In this document: positions 27,548 through 34,684 of the stretch, piece after piece | How positions within the stretch are numbered: the first letter of the stretch is position 1 | Layout of the letters: every line of letters starts with the position of its first letter | IMG/VR virus record: IMGVR_UViG_3300047554_000303 | Span: 1-64,000 of that record | DNA: 64,000 nt | DNA from: a virus | Strand: one strand, 5' to 3' | Translations under genes and position numbers: made by a program | The notes under the pieces: model-generated | The model's database searches: none | Told to the model about the DNA's origin: nothing | The model's input: the letters and a program-made list of their open reading frames with translations, nothing else

Positions 27548-29475
27548 TATGGTCTCCTTGCTGCGACTGACGCCGCACTAGTTGCGGAAGCTACTGCGGT
27601 CATCGCTACTTGTCCAACGATGACGGCTGCAATAACAACCTTTTCTGATTGTTCACGGACCTGAGGGGACATGTCTGCTCCCGCATTTCCAAGGGCGTTG
27701 AATACTTCAACTGCTGCTCCAGCTACGTTTCCAATAAGCGGTATAGCCGCTAGTTCCTCGTCTAATACGATGTCGTCTGCCTGAGCCGCTACTAATAGCA
27801 AGTCCAAAGCAGCCTCATACTCTTCAGAGCCTTGCTCTGCAGTCTCAAATGTTTCCAGAGCGATACTTACCAAGACACCAACCTGCTCCTCAGTTAGAGT
27901 GGTCGGATTGATGTTTTCTATAACGGCTACAACATCTTCGATTGGAGTATCAGATGTTAAATCTTCTGGAGTTTCTGGAGCAGGCTCAGGCTTGGGTTCG
28001 GGACGTGGTTCTGGTGTCGGGTCTACTGTGGGGGCTGGTTCTGGCTCTTCAGGAACTGGCTCAGGAGTAGGCGATGGTTGAGGCGTTTCTGTGGGTTCTG
28101 ATTCTGGGGTATCTACTGGGGTGGGGGTTGGAGTCGTGGTCGGAGAAGGTTCTGGCTCGGGACTCGGCGTCGGTTCTGGCTCAACGGGCACTGATTCTGT
28201 CACGGGTTCTGGGGTCGTTTCTGGACTCGGCTCTACTGGCTGCGGCACTACTGGTTCTGGCGCTGGTGTTGGTTCAGGGTCTGGGGTAGGCTCAGGTGTT
28301 TGTATGGGGGTAGGTTCGGGGGATACAGTCACGACTGACGATTGAGTAGGCTCAAACTGTCTAGCCCAGTCATTTGCATCTTGTAAAGCTCTGTCTGTCT
28401 CTGCTTGAGCTTGTTGGGCTTGCTCTTCGGGGCTTAATACTGGAGGAGGAGTAGGCTCCACAGGTATTGGAGTAACAATAGCCTGTGCGTATTCAAAGTC
28501 CACTACAAGCTTCTTGTACCATCCAGGACAAGGGTCTCCGAACGTTCCGTTATCCGAACTTAGAACTCCTGATGTTTGACCTATAACGGCGGTTGCTACA
28601 ATCGTGGACACTTCTACTCCACAGTCACTATCATGAGCCACATACCTAGCCACTACTCCAGAAACCACCATGCCCTCTGGCGCTTGAAACTCAAGTGTGT
28701 TACCCTCATTAATTACGTAATCCCACACAGGAGGCAAAGGTGTACTTGGTTCTGGTGAAGAAGTTGGTTCTGTGGAAGGTGACTCTGTCACTTCTTCTGA
28801 CACTGACGGCAATTCTGGCTGTGGCTCTGGCGAGCTGGTGGACTCAGGAGTTGGCGATAGGGTTTCTGACTCTGATGCTTCTGGGCTCACAGATGGGTCT
28901 TCTGTGGGACTGGGGCTCTCAGAAGGCACTTCGGGAGATTCGGATAGTTCAGTAGATGGGGAAGACGTTTCTGAGCTGGTTGATGACAAATCAGGTGACG
29001 AAGTGGGTTCTGGTGATGCCGACTCTGATGTTGGCTCTGGGGTTGGTGTATTTGTGGGTTCGGGCGCAGGAGTTCCTGTCACGACCACGTTCATAATCGG
29101 TCCGTAGAAACCTCCCCAAAATCCTCGGTCAATGCCTTCTAAACGAACAGTCTGTGTTCCAGTAATCGTGTAGGTGTAAGTTCTAGCAGTGTGCTTCTCT
29201 GTGATTTCAAGAGTGTCTGAACCTACGGTAATCTTGTAGGTGTCAATTACTTCACCATTTCCACCAATCTTGTTGGTGATGTCGTTAGTAACTGTGATAG
29301 CAATAGTTACGTCAGTAAACTCACGCTGAGCGTAGCCCCATGAGTAGCTGAACTGCATAGTGTCGCCAGATAAGGCAACGTTGTAAGATGCTTGCCAAGA
29401 GGCTTGTGCTGGGGATGCTAAGAATAAAGAGCCGAATGCTAGGAATAGTGCTGCGAATATGCGCAGGTTTCTCAC
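27547..29475 (-). CDS. Secreted, C-terminally anchored Pro/Thr/Glu-rich surface protein with a SUEL-type lectin-like domain
   Basis: Signal peptide (…SPAQA), PEPT repeats, FGDPCPGWYKKLVVDFEY motif, hydrophobic C-terminus. Confidence 0.75.
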   Translation of the reverse strand: MRNLRIFAALFLAFGSLFLASPAQASWQASYNVALSGDTMQFSYSWGYAQREFTDVTIAITVTNDITNKIGGNGEVIDTYKITVGSDTLEITEKHTARTYTYTITGTQTVRLEGIDRGFWGGFYGPIMNVVVTGTPAPEPTNTPTPEPTSESASPEPTSSPDLSSTSSETSSPSTELSESPEVPSESPSPTEDPSVSPEASESETLSPTPESTSSPEPQPELPSVSEEVTESPSTEPTSSPEPSTPLPPVWDYVINEGNTLEFQAPEGMVVSGVVARYVAHDSDCGVEVSTIVATAVIGQTSGVLSSDNGTFGDPCPGWYKKLVVDFEYAQAIVTPIPVEPTPPPVLSPEEQAQQAQAETDRALQDANDWARQFEPTQSSVVTVSPEPTPIQTPEPTPDPEPTPAPEPVVPQPVEPSPETTPEPVTESVPVEPEPTPSPEPEPSPTTTPTPTPVDTPESEPTETPQPSPTPEPVPEEPEPAPTVDPTPEPRPEPKPEPAPETPEDLTSDTPIEDVVAVIENINPTTLTEEQVGVLVSIALETFETAEQGSEEYEAALDLLLVAAQADDIVLDEELAAIPLIGNVAGAAVEVFNALGNAGADMSPQVREQSEKVVIAAVIVGQVAMTAVASATSAASVAARRP

Positions 29476-29741
29476 TTCTTCTCGGCGGCTCCTTGCTCAT
29501 CTAAGCCCTTGAGTTTCACCGTCTGCCTAAATGCAGCATTGATTTCGTCTAGTGTGAGTTTTCCATCTTCTAAGAAGGCTAGAGCAAGTAGCTCCACTAC
29601 CTTAAATACTGCGAGGATACCGCCCATAGCGGCTGCAACCCACAGTTCTACGCCCATAATTGAGCCTGCACCGATAACGCCCAGTGCAGATGCGACAAAT
29701 GTAGCTACAACGCGTAGCATTACATTTCCAAAAAGTTTCAT
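29472..29741 (-). CDS. Holin-like two-TM protein
   Basis: Two TMs; DGKLTLDEINAAF resembles GKIDGQDVANAF in 26348-26719. Confidence 0.65.
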   Translation of the reverse strand: MKLFGNVMLRVVATFVASALGVIGAGSIMGVELWVAAAMGGILAVFKVVELLALAFLEDGKLTLDEINAAFRQTVKLKGLDEQGAAEKK

Positions 29742-29789
29742 TCTCTCTCCTAAGTAATTGCACCGAGTTGTATTACTTATTAGAGAAAG

Positions 29790-30041
29790 TTACTGCTGAA
29801 AGCCCCCGAAGCCAGCGTCTGCCACTACGTTGCCCGCGGTAGTGTCTGCAGCTGGTTGATTGTTTGTGTTGGTGGCTGTACTCATTGCCCCGTAGTTAGT
29901 TGTCGAAGAGTACATCACTGGGTACTGCTGCCACCAAGGACTGTTAGGAACGTTGTTCCCACGAGTCTTTCCAGGTACCGCATTAAGCTCTAGCAAATAC
30001 GGGACGAGCTGGTTATCTTCCCATGAAGGTCCAGGCATCAT
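29790..30041 (-). CDS. Hypothetical protein
   Basis: ORF track. Confidence 0.5.
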   Translation of the reverse strand: MMPGPSWEDNQLVPYLLELNAVPGKTRGNNVPNSPWWQQYPVMYSSTTNYGAMSTATNTNNQPAADTTAGNVVADAGFGGFQQ

Positions 30042-30181
30042 TCTTCGTCATCCCAAGTCTCGTACTCTTCTGCATCGAAGAGAGCATAGAGGAGGTCATC
30101 ATCTAAGTCATCTCCGTCGAAATAGAAATCGTCGTAGTCATCTTCGAAGTCGAAGGGGTCCAAGGCGTCATTCCTACCCAT
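30038..30181 (-). CDS. 47-aa highly acidic peptide
   Basis: Hand-translated MGRNDALDPFDFEDDYDDFYFDGDDLDDDLLYALFDAEEYETWDDEE; ATGA overlap with the next gene. Confidence 0.5.
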   Translation of the reverse strand: MGRNDALDPFDFEDDYDDFYFDGDDLDDDLLYALFDAEEYETWDDEE

Positions 30182-30223
30182 GATGGTAGTTTCTCACGAT
30201 TTATAGGGTATTACACTCTAAAG

Positions 30224-30296
30224 TCCCTGCGGTCAGATTCGAACTGACACTTTTACGATTTTAAGTCGCTTGCCTCTACCGTTGGGCTACGCAGGG
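30224..30296 (-). tRNA. tRNA-Leu(UAA) with a short variable loop
   Basis: Acceptor CCCTGCG/CGCAGGG-A, anticodon loop CTTAAAA, T-arm GTCAG-TTCGAAT-CTGAC. Confidence 0.85.
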
Positions 30297-30302
30297 TGCT
30301 AC

Positions 30303-30932
30303 CTAGTCTATGTCTAGATAGCGTCGAATAGTGGACTTGTAGGTGACCAAGCTTGGGTGGTCTAGAGGCAGAACCTCAGTCGACCTTCCAGGCTTGAAGC
30401 CTGCGTGGACAATTAGTCCATCACCTACGTAAATACTGGAGTGAAAGTATCCAGATGAATTACCAAATACGATGATGTCTCCTATTTGGGGCTTTTCCAC
30501 CTCAGTGCCTAGCTTGGCTTGCTTAGCGGCAGAGTGGGGTAGTTCTACGCCCATTTCTCCGTAAGCCCAAGTGACTAGGCCTGAGCAGTCCCATCCAAGT
30601 GGCGTAGAGCCACTGAAGACGTATCTGGTCTTTCCTACACGGTCTAGTACTGCTGTAACCATTGCTTCTAGTTCAGCTCTGTTAGAGACCTTCTGCTGCT
30701 CATACACCGCAGCTAGTTTGTTCTTCCTAACAACAGTTAGGGCGTCTGCCTCCGCTTTCGCAGAAGCTAGCTTTGCATCTTGTTCTAGTTGTGTTACTGC
30801 AGTCTTCGTTCCTAGCGGAGTGCTGTACTCCACCACTGGAAGTTCAACTGTTGTTCTTGTTTCCTGGGCGATTGCCGCTCCCGAAAGCGCCAGCAGGGAT
30901 GAAACAGTAATGATTATTACTGACCTCTTCAT
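30303..30932 (-). CDS. Secreted NlpC/P60 peptidoglycan hydrolase
   Basis: YVFSG..GWDCSGLV and HSSIYVGDGLIVHA motifs; signal peptide. Confidence 0.9.
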   Translation of the reverse strand: MKRSVIIITVSSLLALSGAAIAQETRTTVELPVVEYSTPLGTKTAVTQLEQDAKLASAKAEADALTVVRKNKLAAVYEQQKVSNRAELEAMVTAVLDRVGKTRYVFSGSTPLGWDCSGLVTWAYGEMGVELPHSAAKQAKLGTEVEKPQIGDIIVFGNSSGYFHSSIYVGDGLIVHAGFKPGRSTEVLPLDHPSLVTYKSTIRRYLDID

Positions 30933-31038
30933 TTAGCGACCTACCTTTCCTTGCGTTAGTACTTGGTCGTTTATTGTTGAGCGATATTAAGTTGTGAGGC
31001 CCTAGCCTAGTAGAAATTAACCTGCAGTTCAACTAGAC

Positions 31039-31074
31039 AAAAAGAAACCCCGCTAGTTTTAGTAGCGGGGTCTT
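31039..31074 (-). terminator. Intrinsic terminator
   Basis: ACCCCGCTA-CTAAAAC-TAGCGGGGT followed by TTCTTTTT. Confidence 0.75.
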
Positions 31075-31092
31075 AGGGGTAGAAACAGGCTG

Positions 31093-31263
31093 TTAGGCGT
31101 CTTTGCCCCAGCCTCCGCCCTTAAAAGTAACGGCTCCAACAGAGAACTTCTTACGACGAGCTATTGCACAAGTAGCGCAGATGATTACTGGGGAATCGGT
31201 AATTGGGTGCGAAATCTCAACGACTGATTTGCACGTAGGACACTCATACTCGTAGCTAGCCAC
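31093..31263 (-). CDS. FmdB-family zinc-ribbon protein
   Basis: GTG start with AAGGAG RBS; YEYECPTC...CATC...FKGGGW. Confidence 0.8.
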   Translation of the reverse strand: MASYEYECPTCKSVVEISHPITDSPVIICATCAIARRKKFSVGAVTFKGGGWGKDA

Positions 31264-31279
31264 ATTTCTCCTTTGCACG

Positions 31280-31345
31280 TGGACTGTGTAGGAGTCGAAC
31301 CTACAACTGGTTGAAAGGAAACAAAAGACCCAGCACCCTCAGCCC
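31280..31345 (-). ncRNA. D-armless tRNA-like RNA (G3-U70, A73) with a 19-nt pyrimidine loop
   Basis: GGGCTGA/ACAGTCC-A acceptor, perfect T-arm GTAGG-TTCGACT-CCTAC, CTGG/CCAG stem around GTCTTTTGTTTCCTTTCAA. Confidence 0.65.
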
Positions 31346-31356
31346 TAGTAAATAGA

Positions 31357-31435
31357 GGCAGGGACAAGACCGAAGACGTAATCGAAGTTTTTGTTAGATT
31401 AATAGGTTAGTTATTAATTTAACCTTGTCCCTACC
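31357..31435 (-). ncRNA. Stem-loop RNA: 12-bp stem closing an A/U-rich loop of about 55 nt
   Basis: GGTAGGGACAAG/CTTGTCCCTGCC (one U-G pair, favouring the minus strand). Confidence 0.45.
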
Positions 31436-31445
31436 GCTATTTAGT

Positions 31446-31670
31446 TTACTTTACTTCCTCCTCGGCCACATCAACCGATTCAGAAGTGTACCCAGAATAC
31501 TCCAAAGCGCAGAGAGCGTGATACGACACGCTGAAAAACTCTGACGCTTGTGGAAGCAGGTCTAGGACGTAAGCCCCCTCCTTGCCGTAGGTCTGACCCA
31601 AGTATTCCTCTAGAGCTGGACCGAACACCTCTAGGAAACGGCTTGGGGTCATGGCTTTGTTAATGTCCAT
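31446..31670 (-). CDS. Hypothetical protein
   Basis: TAATG coupled to Hsp20. Confidence 0.6.
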   Translation of the reverse strand: MDINKAMTPSRFLEVFGPALEEYLGQTYGKEGAYVLDLLPQASEFFSVSYHALCALEYSGYTSESVDVAEEEVK

Positions 31671-32197
31671 TAGCTAATCTCAATCTGCTTAGGCTTCTTC
31701 TCCTCAGGGAGCTCAAGCTCTAGCTTAATGGTTAGTAGTCCGTCTTCAAGCTTGGCGCTCTTTACCTCAATGTACTCTGCAATAGCAAAGGTAGTGGTGA
31801 AGTTACGCTGAGCGATGCCGTGGTGGATTACCTGACCGTACTGTCCCTCTTCAGGGATGTCGTTGCGGTCTTCGATGTCTGAGCGCACCGTGAGTACACG
31901 GTCCTTTACAAACACCTCTACTTCTTCCTTCTTGAACCCAGCAAGCGCCATGGTGATGGTGTAGCTGTCACCAGACTTAGTTAGGTTGTATGGAGGGAAG
32001 GAAGGCTTGTGCTGTGCTAGCTCTGTAAGGGTGTTGAACACAGAGTCATAGCCGATACCCCAACGGTCAATGTTGGGAAATAGGGAGTAAATAGTGGCAG
32101 GCTTCTGGTCTACTTTAGGTAAAGTTTTGTAAGGCTGCTTGTTTGGGTAGTGGGCATCCTTGTCCCACGGCTGGATTTCAAATGGATTTCTGGACAT
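31670..32197 (-). CDS. hsp20: Small heat-shock protein Hsp20/IbpA family
   Basis: FPPYNL..., ALAGFKKEEV, HHGIAQRNF and AKLEDGLLTI motifs. Confidence 0.92.
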   Translation of the reverse strand: MSRNPFEIQPWDKDAHYPNKQPYKTLPKVDQKPATIYSLFPNIDRWGIGYDSVFNTLTELAQHKPSFPPYNLTKSGDSYTITMALAGFKKEEVEVFVKDRVLTVRSDIEDRNDIPEEGQYGQVIHHGIAQRNFTTTFAIAEYIEVKSAKLEDGLLTIKLELELPEEKKPKQIEIS

Positions 32198-32330
32198 AGT
32201 ATCTCTTTCTAGACGATACGTGCCTCAAGCATCCCTGCCCGAAGCACAGGTTGTGTATGAACACCCAGTTGGCGTGTTCGATAACAGTATACACAACTTT
32301 CAATAAATGGTGTATAAAGTCTGTTTAATG

Positions 32331-32371
32331 AAAATGGGGCCAGACCTGCCGCAGCAATGGGTCTGGCCCCC
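32331..32371 (-). terminator. Terminator closing the RNA cluster
   Basis: GGGGCCAGACC...GGTCTGGCCCC followed by ATTTT. Confidence 0.65.
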
Positions 32372-32558
32372 AGCCGTTAGGTCTTGCGGTTACTCGGATT
32401 GCTCTCTGCATAGCCGTAAACGGGTTTGTTAGTTCTATCTTACAACTTAATCTCTTGCGAGGTGCTGAACAATTACGAACCGCAGGTGTAAGTCTAGGAA
32501 GCAATCCCGTGGTTGGCCTAATGCCTGTAATCAGGTTTAACCAACCAAGTGCGGTTGC
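32372..32558 (-). ncRNA. Unidentified structured RNA 1 (about 190 nt, probable pseudoknot)
   Basis: Helices GGTTGG/CCAACC, GGATTGCT/AGCAATCC, CTTACA/TGTAAG, TGCGGTT/AACCGCA; CTC-GCAA-GAG tetraloop; no ORF. Confidence 0.55.
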
Positions 32559-32562
32559 TTCG

Positions 32563-32630
32563 CACCCCGACTAAGAATCGAACTTAGCAAGACAAGTTTT
32601 GGAGGCTCGTCCGTACCCAGTACTCAAGGC
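32563..32630 (-). tRNA. tRNA-Trp(CCA) with a truncated D-arm
   Basis: GCCTTGA/TCGGGGT-G acceptor, loop CTCCAAA, T-arm CTAAG-TTCGATT-CTTAG, D-arm GTAC-TGG-GTAC. Confidence 0.7.
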
Positions 32631-32687
32631 GTAGTATGACTCAGGGCCCGACTGTTACGTCTGCGGCCCTGAGTGCTCACATTAGTT

Positions 32688-32872
32688 AGTGTAGCAAACC
32701 GAGTGGACTAAGTGTGTAGTTTCCCACACGCCGTGTTCGGCTTTGCCGTGGGCAGTCAGGCGACGAAACCTGAATTACGCCCTCGTCTAGGCCTGCCCTA
32801 TTCCGATACGCACCTCGGAAAAACAGTGTCAGGTTATCTGCAGTTCGCCTGAACGGATATGTGACCTACACC
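32688..32872 (-). ncRNA. Unidentified structured RNA 2 (about 185 nt, multibranch)
   Basis: Closing stem GGTGTAG/CTACACT; GGGCAG/CTGCCC, TTCCGA/TCGGAA, two TCAGG/CCTGA hairpins, GTGTGG-GAAA-CTACAC tetraloop. Confidence 0.55.
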
Positions 32873-32919
32873 AAAAGGGGAAAAGGTGTTATCATGGATA
32901 ACCCCGTCGTTCATACCTT

Positions 32920-33027
32920 TTATTTTACTTCTTTATTGTGGCACCTGCAACTGCAAAGTGCAGTACTGCCCTCACCAGGGCAATTCTTGTGGTCGTTCTC
33001 TGAGCACCATCCAAACATTCCAGTCAC
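32920..33027 (-). CDS. Small Cys/His-rich peptide
   Basis: GWCSENDHKNC...CSCRCH; probable GTG start at 33027. Confidence 0.5.
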   Translation of the reverse strand: MTGMFGWCSENDHKNCPGEGSTALCSCRCHNKEVK

Positions 33028-33043
33028 CTTTACTCCAGACCAC

Positions 33044-33268
33044 TCACTGGTTCTGGAGCCTCTTGATTTCGTCGTTGATGTAGAAGATGGCTTTTTCAAG
33101 GTCTTGGATGTGGGTGTCTTCATTCTTTATACCTGCCCTCCACAGATACTTCATAGCATTACCGATGTTGTAGTTACGGTGGCGTAGCACCGTAATAGCC
33201 TCTACGCCTGAGGGGTCGCTGGTGTAGTGAGGCGGGTGGTTTACCATGTCAGTCACTTCTGCGCTCAT
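33044..33268 (-). CDS. DUF3310 / SaV-like protein
   Basis: DMVNHPPHYT..GVEAI...GNAMKYLWRAGIK...QDLEKAIFY. Confidence 0.88.
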   Translation of the reverse strand: MSAEVTDMVNHPPHYTSDPSGVEAITVLRHRNYNIGNAMKYLWRAGIKNEDTHIQDLEKAIFYINDEIKRLQNQ

Positions 33269-33387
33269 TTGTTAAACGACCACCAAATCAAAGCACGAAC
33301 GGCAAGCCAACCTACGACTAGATAAAGCCAACCGCCATCTAGTGCCCAATCAGTAAACCCAATCATGATGGGTCTCAAGTCAATCAC
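33265..33387 (-). CDS. 40-aa membrane peptide
   Basis: Hand-translated; GTGA and ATGA overlaps on the two sides. Confidence 0.5.
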   Translation of the reverse strand: MIDLRPIMIGFTDWALDGGWLYLVVGWLAVRALIWWSFNK

Positions 33388-33689
33388 TTCTGCTCTCCTT
33401 TGATTAGTGCGATTAGCAACCCTAAGTGGTGCGGGGAAGTGCAGAGGTTTTCTGAATGGTGAGAGCCATCTAATACGCAGTTATGTTTCTCTAGCAGCTT
33501 GATAATGCGCTCTTCAGTGCGCTTCTCTGCCTGAATCTCAGCCCTAGCAATTTTGGTCTCAATCATCGCAATTAGTGCGTGGGGTGCATCTAGCAGGTCA
33601 TTAGCCCAGTGCTCAGCGAGAGCCTTATCCTCAGCTTCAGATAGTTCTGCGTATTCGTCTGAGTGCATCCACTCAAGCCACTTGTTCAT
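33384..33689 (-). CDS. Hypothetical protein (EERIIKLLEK family)
   Basis: Shares EERIIKLLEK and IKGEQK with 47012-47230. Confidence 0.65.
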   Translation of the reverse strand: MNKWLEWMHSDEYAELSEAEDKALAEHWANDLLDAPHALIAMIETKIARAEIQAEKRTEERIIKLLEKHNCVLDGSHHSENLCTSPHHLGLLIALIKGEQK

Positions 33690-33697
33690 TCCCGCTC

Positions 33698-33865
33698 CTA
33701 ATCAAAGTCCCAGATGAAATCCTCTGGGTTGCCTACGGTGCGAGTATAGTCAGAGCCTCCGTCAATAGCAATTGCGCGACACCTGCACTCCACGAAGTCG
33801 TGTCGGTGCTGTGAGAAGATGACGTCAAGACATCTGGCGCACATTACCTTAGGCCCCGACTTCAC
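33698..33865 (-). CDS. Small zinc-binding protein
   Basis: Hand-translated CARCLDVIFSQHRHDFVECRCRAIAIDGG. Confidence 0.7.
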   Translation of the reverse strand: MKSGPKVMCARCLDVIFSQHRHDFVECRCRAIAIDGGSDYTRTVGNPEDFIWDFD

Positions 33866-34355
33866 TCTTCAGCCTCTCTACGAAAGCGTCTAGTCGCATC
33901 ATGTGCTCTTTGGGGACTACGTACCAGGTGTCGGTAAACCCACGCACATGGTCGAATGTAGTGGTGGTCTGCCAGTGCTCTCGGCTCTCAGGGGGGATAA
34001 CCATAATCTTGCCAGTCTGCTGGCTCACTAGCAGCACAGCCAGGGGCTTCTCTAGCTTCTGCTCCCACCCGCTGACTGTGTCAACAAATGCAGTCTCAAA
34101 AGGGTAGGTGAAAGGATGGTAATGAAAATTGAGTCGTCTGGACTTAACTTCGAAGTGCCCTGAGCCATCTAGCAAGACAACATCGCGGTCGTGCTCAGTG
34201 AACTCTTTGATTTCGGCCTCAGTTTGGGCGACACGCATTTCAGTGGCTTCGCAGGGGATTCCCATAGCGTTTAGCTCTGCTGCAACGTGCTCAGCCCACT
34301 TACTACCTATAGCTAGTTCTTGGAGGAACAGTTCTCGGCGCATTGTAAATGTCAT
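33849..34355 (-). CDS. PD-(D/E)xK nuclease-like protein
   Basis: E..D...FEVKSR pattern; leaderless TATAGT-N6-ATG. Confidence 0.6.
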   Translation of the reverse strand: MTFTMRRELFLQELAIGSKWAEHVAAELNAMGIPCEATEMRVAQTEAEIKEFTEHDRDVVLLDGSGHFEVKSRRLNFHYHPFTYPFETAFVDTVSGWEQKLEKPLAVLLVSQQTGKIMVIPPESREHWQTTTTFDHVRGFTDTWYVVPKEHMMRLDAFVERLKSEVGA

Positions 34356-34370
34356 GCGCCCACTATAGCA

Positions 34371-34598
34371 CTATGCCCAGTGAGAAGGGTTTACTGGATT
34401 GCCGTCGTTGTCGTATGCAGCTAGGTCTGGATTCTTAGCAGCCCACTTAGCAGAAGTAGACCATTGAGCTGGGTTGAGGTTCTGGTTACGCTTCGCAGCT
34501 TCTTTACCAGCAGTTGTTCCGAGGGCCGCCAATTTTTTGTCACGCTTACGGATGTTAGAAACCGCTTTACGGTATCGACCTTCAAGACCCATGGTCAC
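34371..34598 (-). CDS. Small basic protein with RxxxLNxxQW motif
   Basis: RNQNLNPAQW. Confidence 0.6.
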   Translation of the reverse strand: MTMGLEGRYRKAVSNIRKRDKKLAALGTTAGKEAAKRNQNLNPAQWSTSAKWAAKNPDLAAYDNDGNPVNPSHWA

Positions 34599-34684
34599 TC
34601 TTTCTCATGTTTGGACTCACAATCCCGTGCCAAAGATTCGACTGGATATGACTTTTTGCAGATTGCACACTGTCCAATATTCAT
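34595..34684 (-). CDS. 29-aa zinc-finger peptide
   Basis: Hand-translated MNIGQCAICKKSYPVESLARDCESKHEKE; GTGA overlap. Confidence 0.55.
   Translation of the reverse strand: MNIGQCAICKKSYPVESLARDCESKHEKE

Noticed and set aside
27960-29075. Tandem-repeat or CRISPR-like array
   Set aside because: Degenerate coding repeats for PEPT/PSP linkers; no constant repeat with unique spacers.
30935-31035. c-di-AMP (ydaO) riboswitch upstream of NlpC/P60
   Set aside because: Too short and lacks the consensus; only a weak CGACC/GGTCG pairing around the RBS.
31280-31435. Full or two-piece tmRNA
   Set aside because: Only a tRNA-like domain is present; no tag reading frame or pseudoknot series was found nearby.
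32372-32562. tRNA-associated HDV-like (theta) ribozyme
   Set aside because: Pseudoknot order is superficially similar, but I could not place P3/L3, the P1.1 GG or the J4/2 catalytic C.
32688-32872. Group I intron (TAGTCCACTC resembles the S element)
   Set aside because: No matching GAGACUA-type R element or J8/7 AAGAUA, and no interrupted gene.
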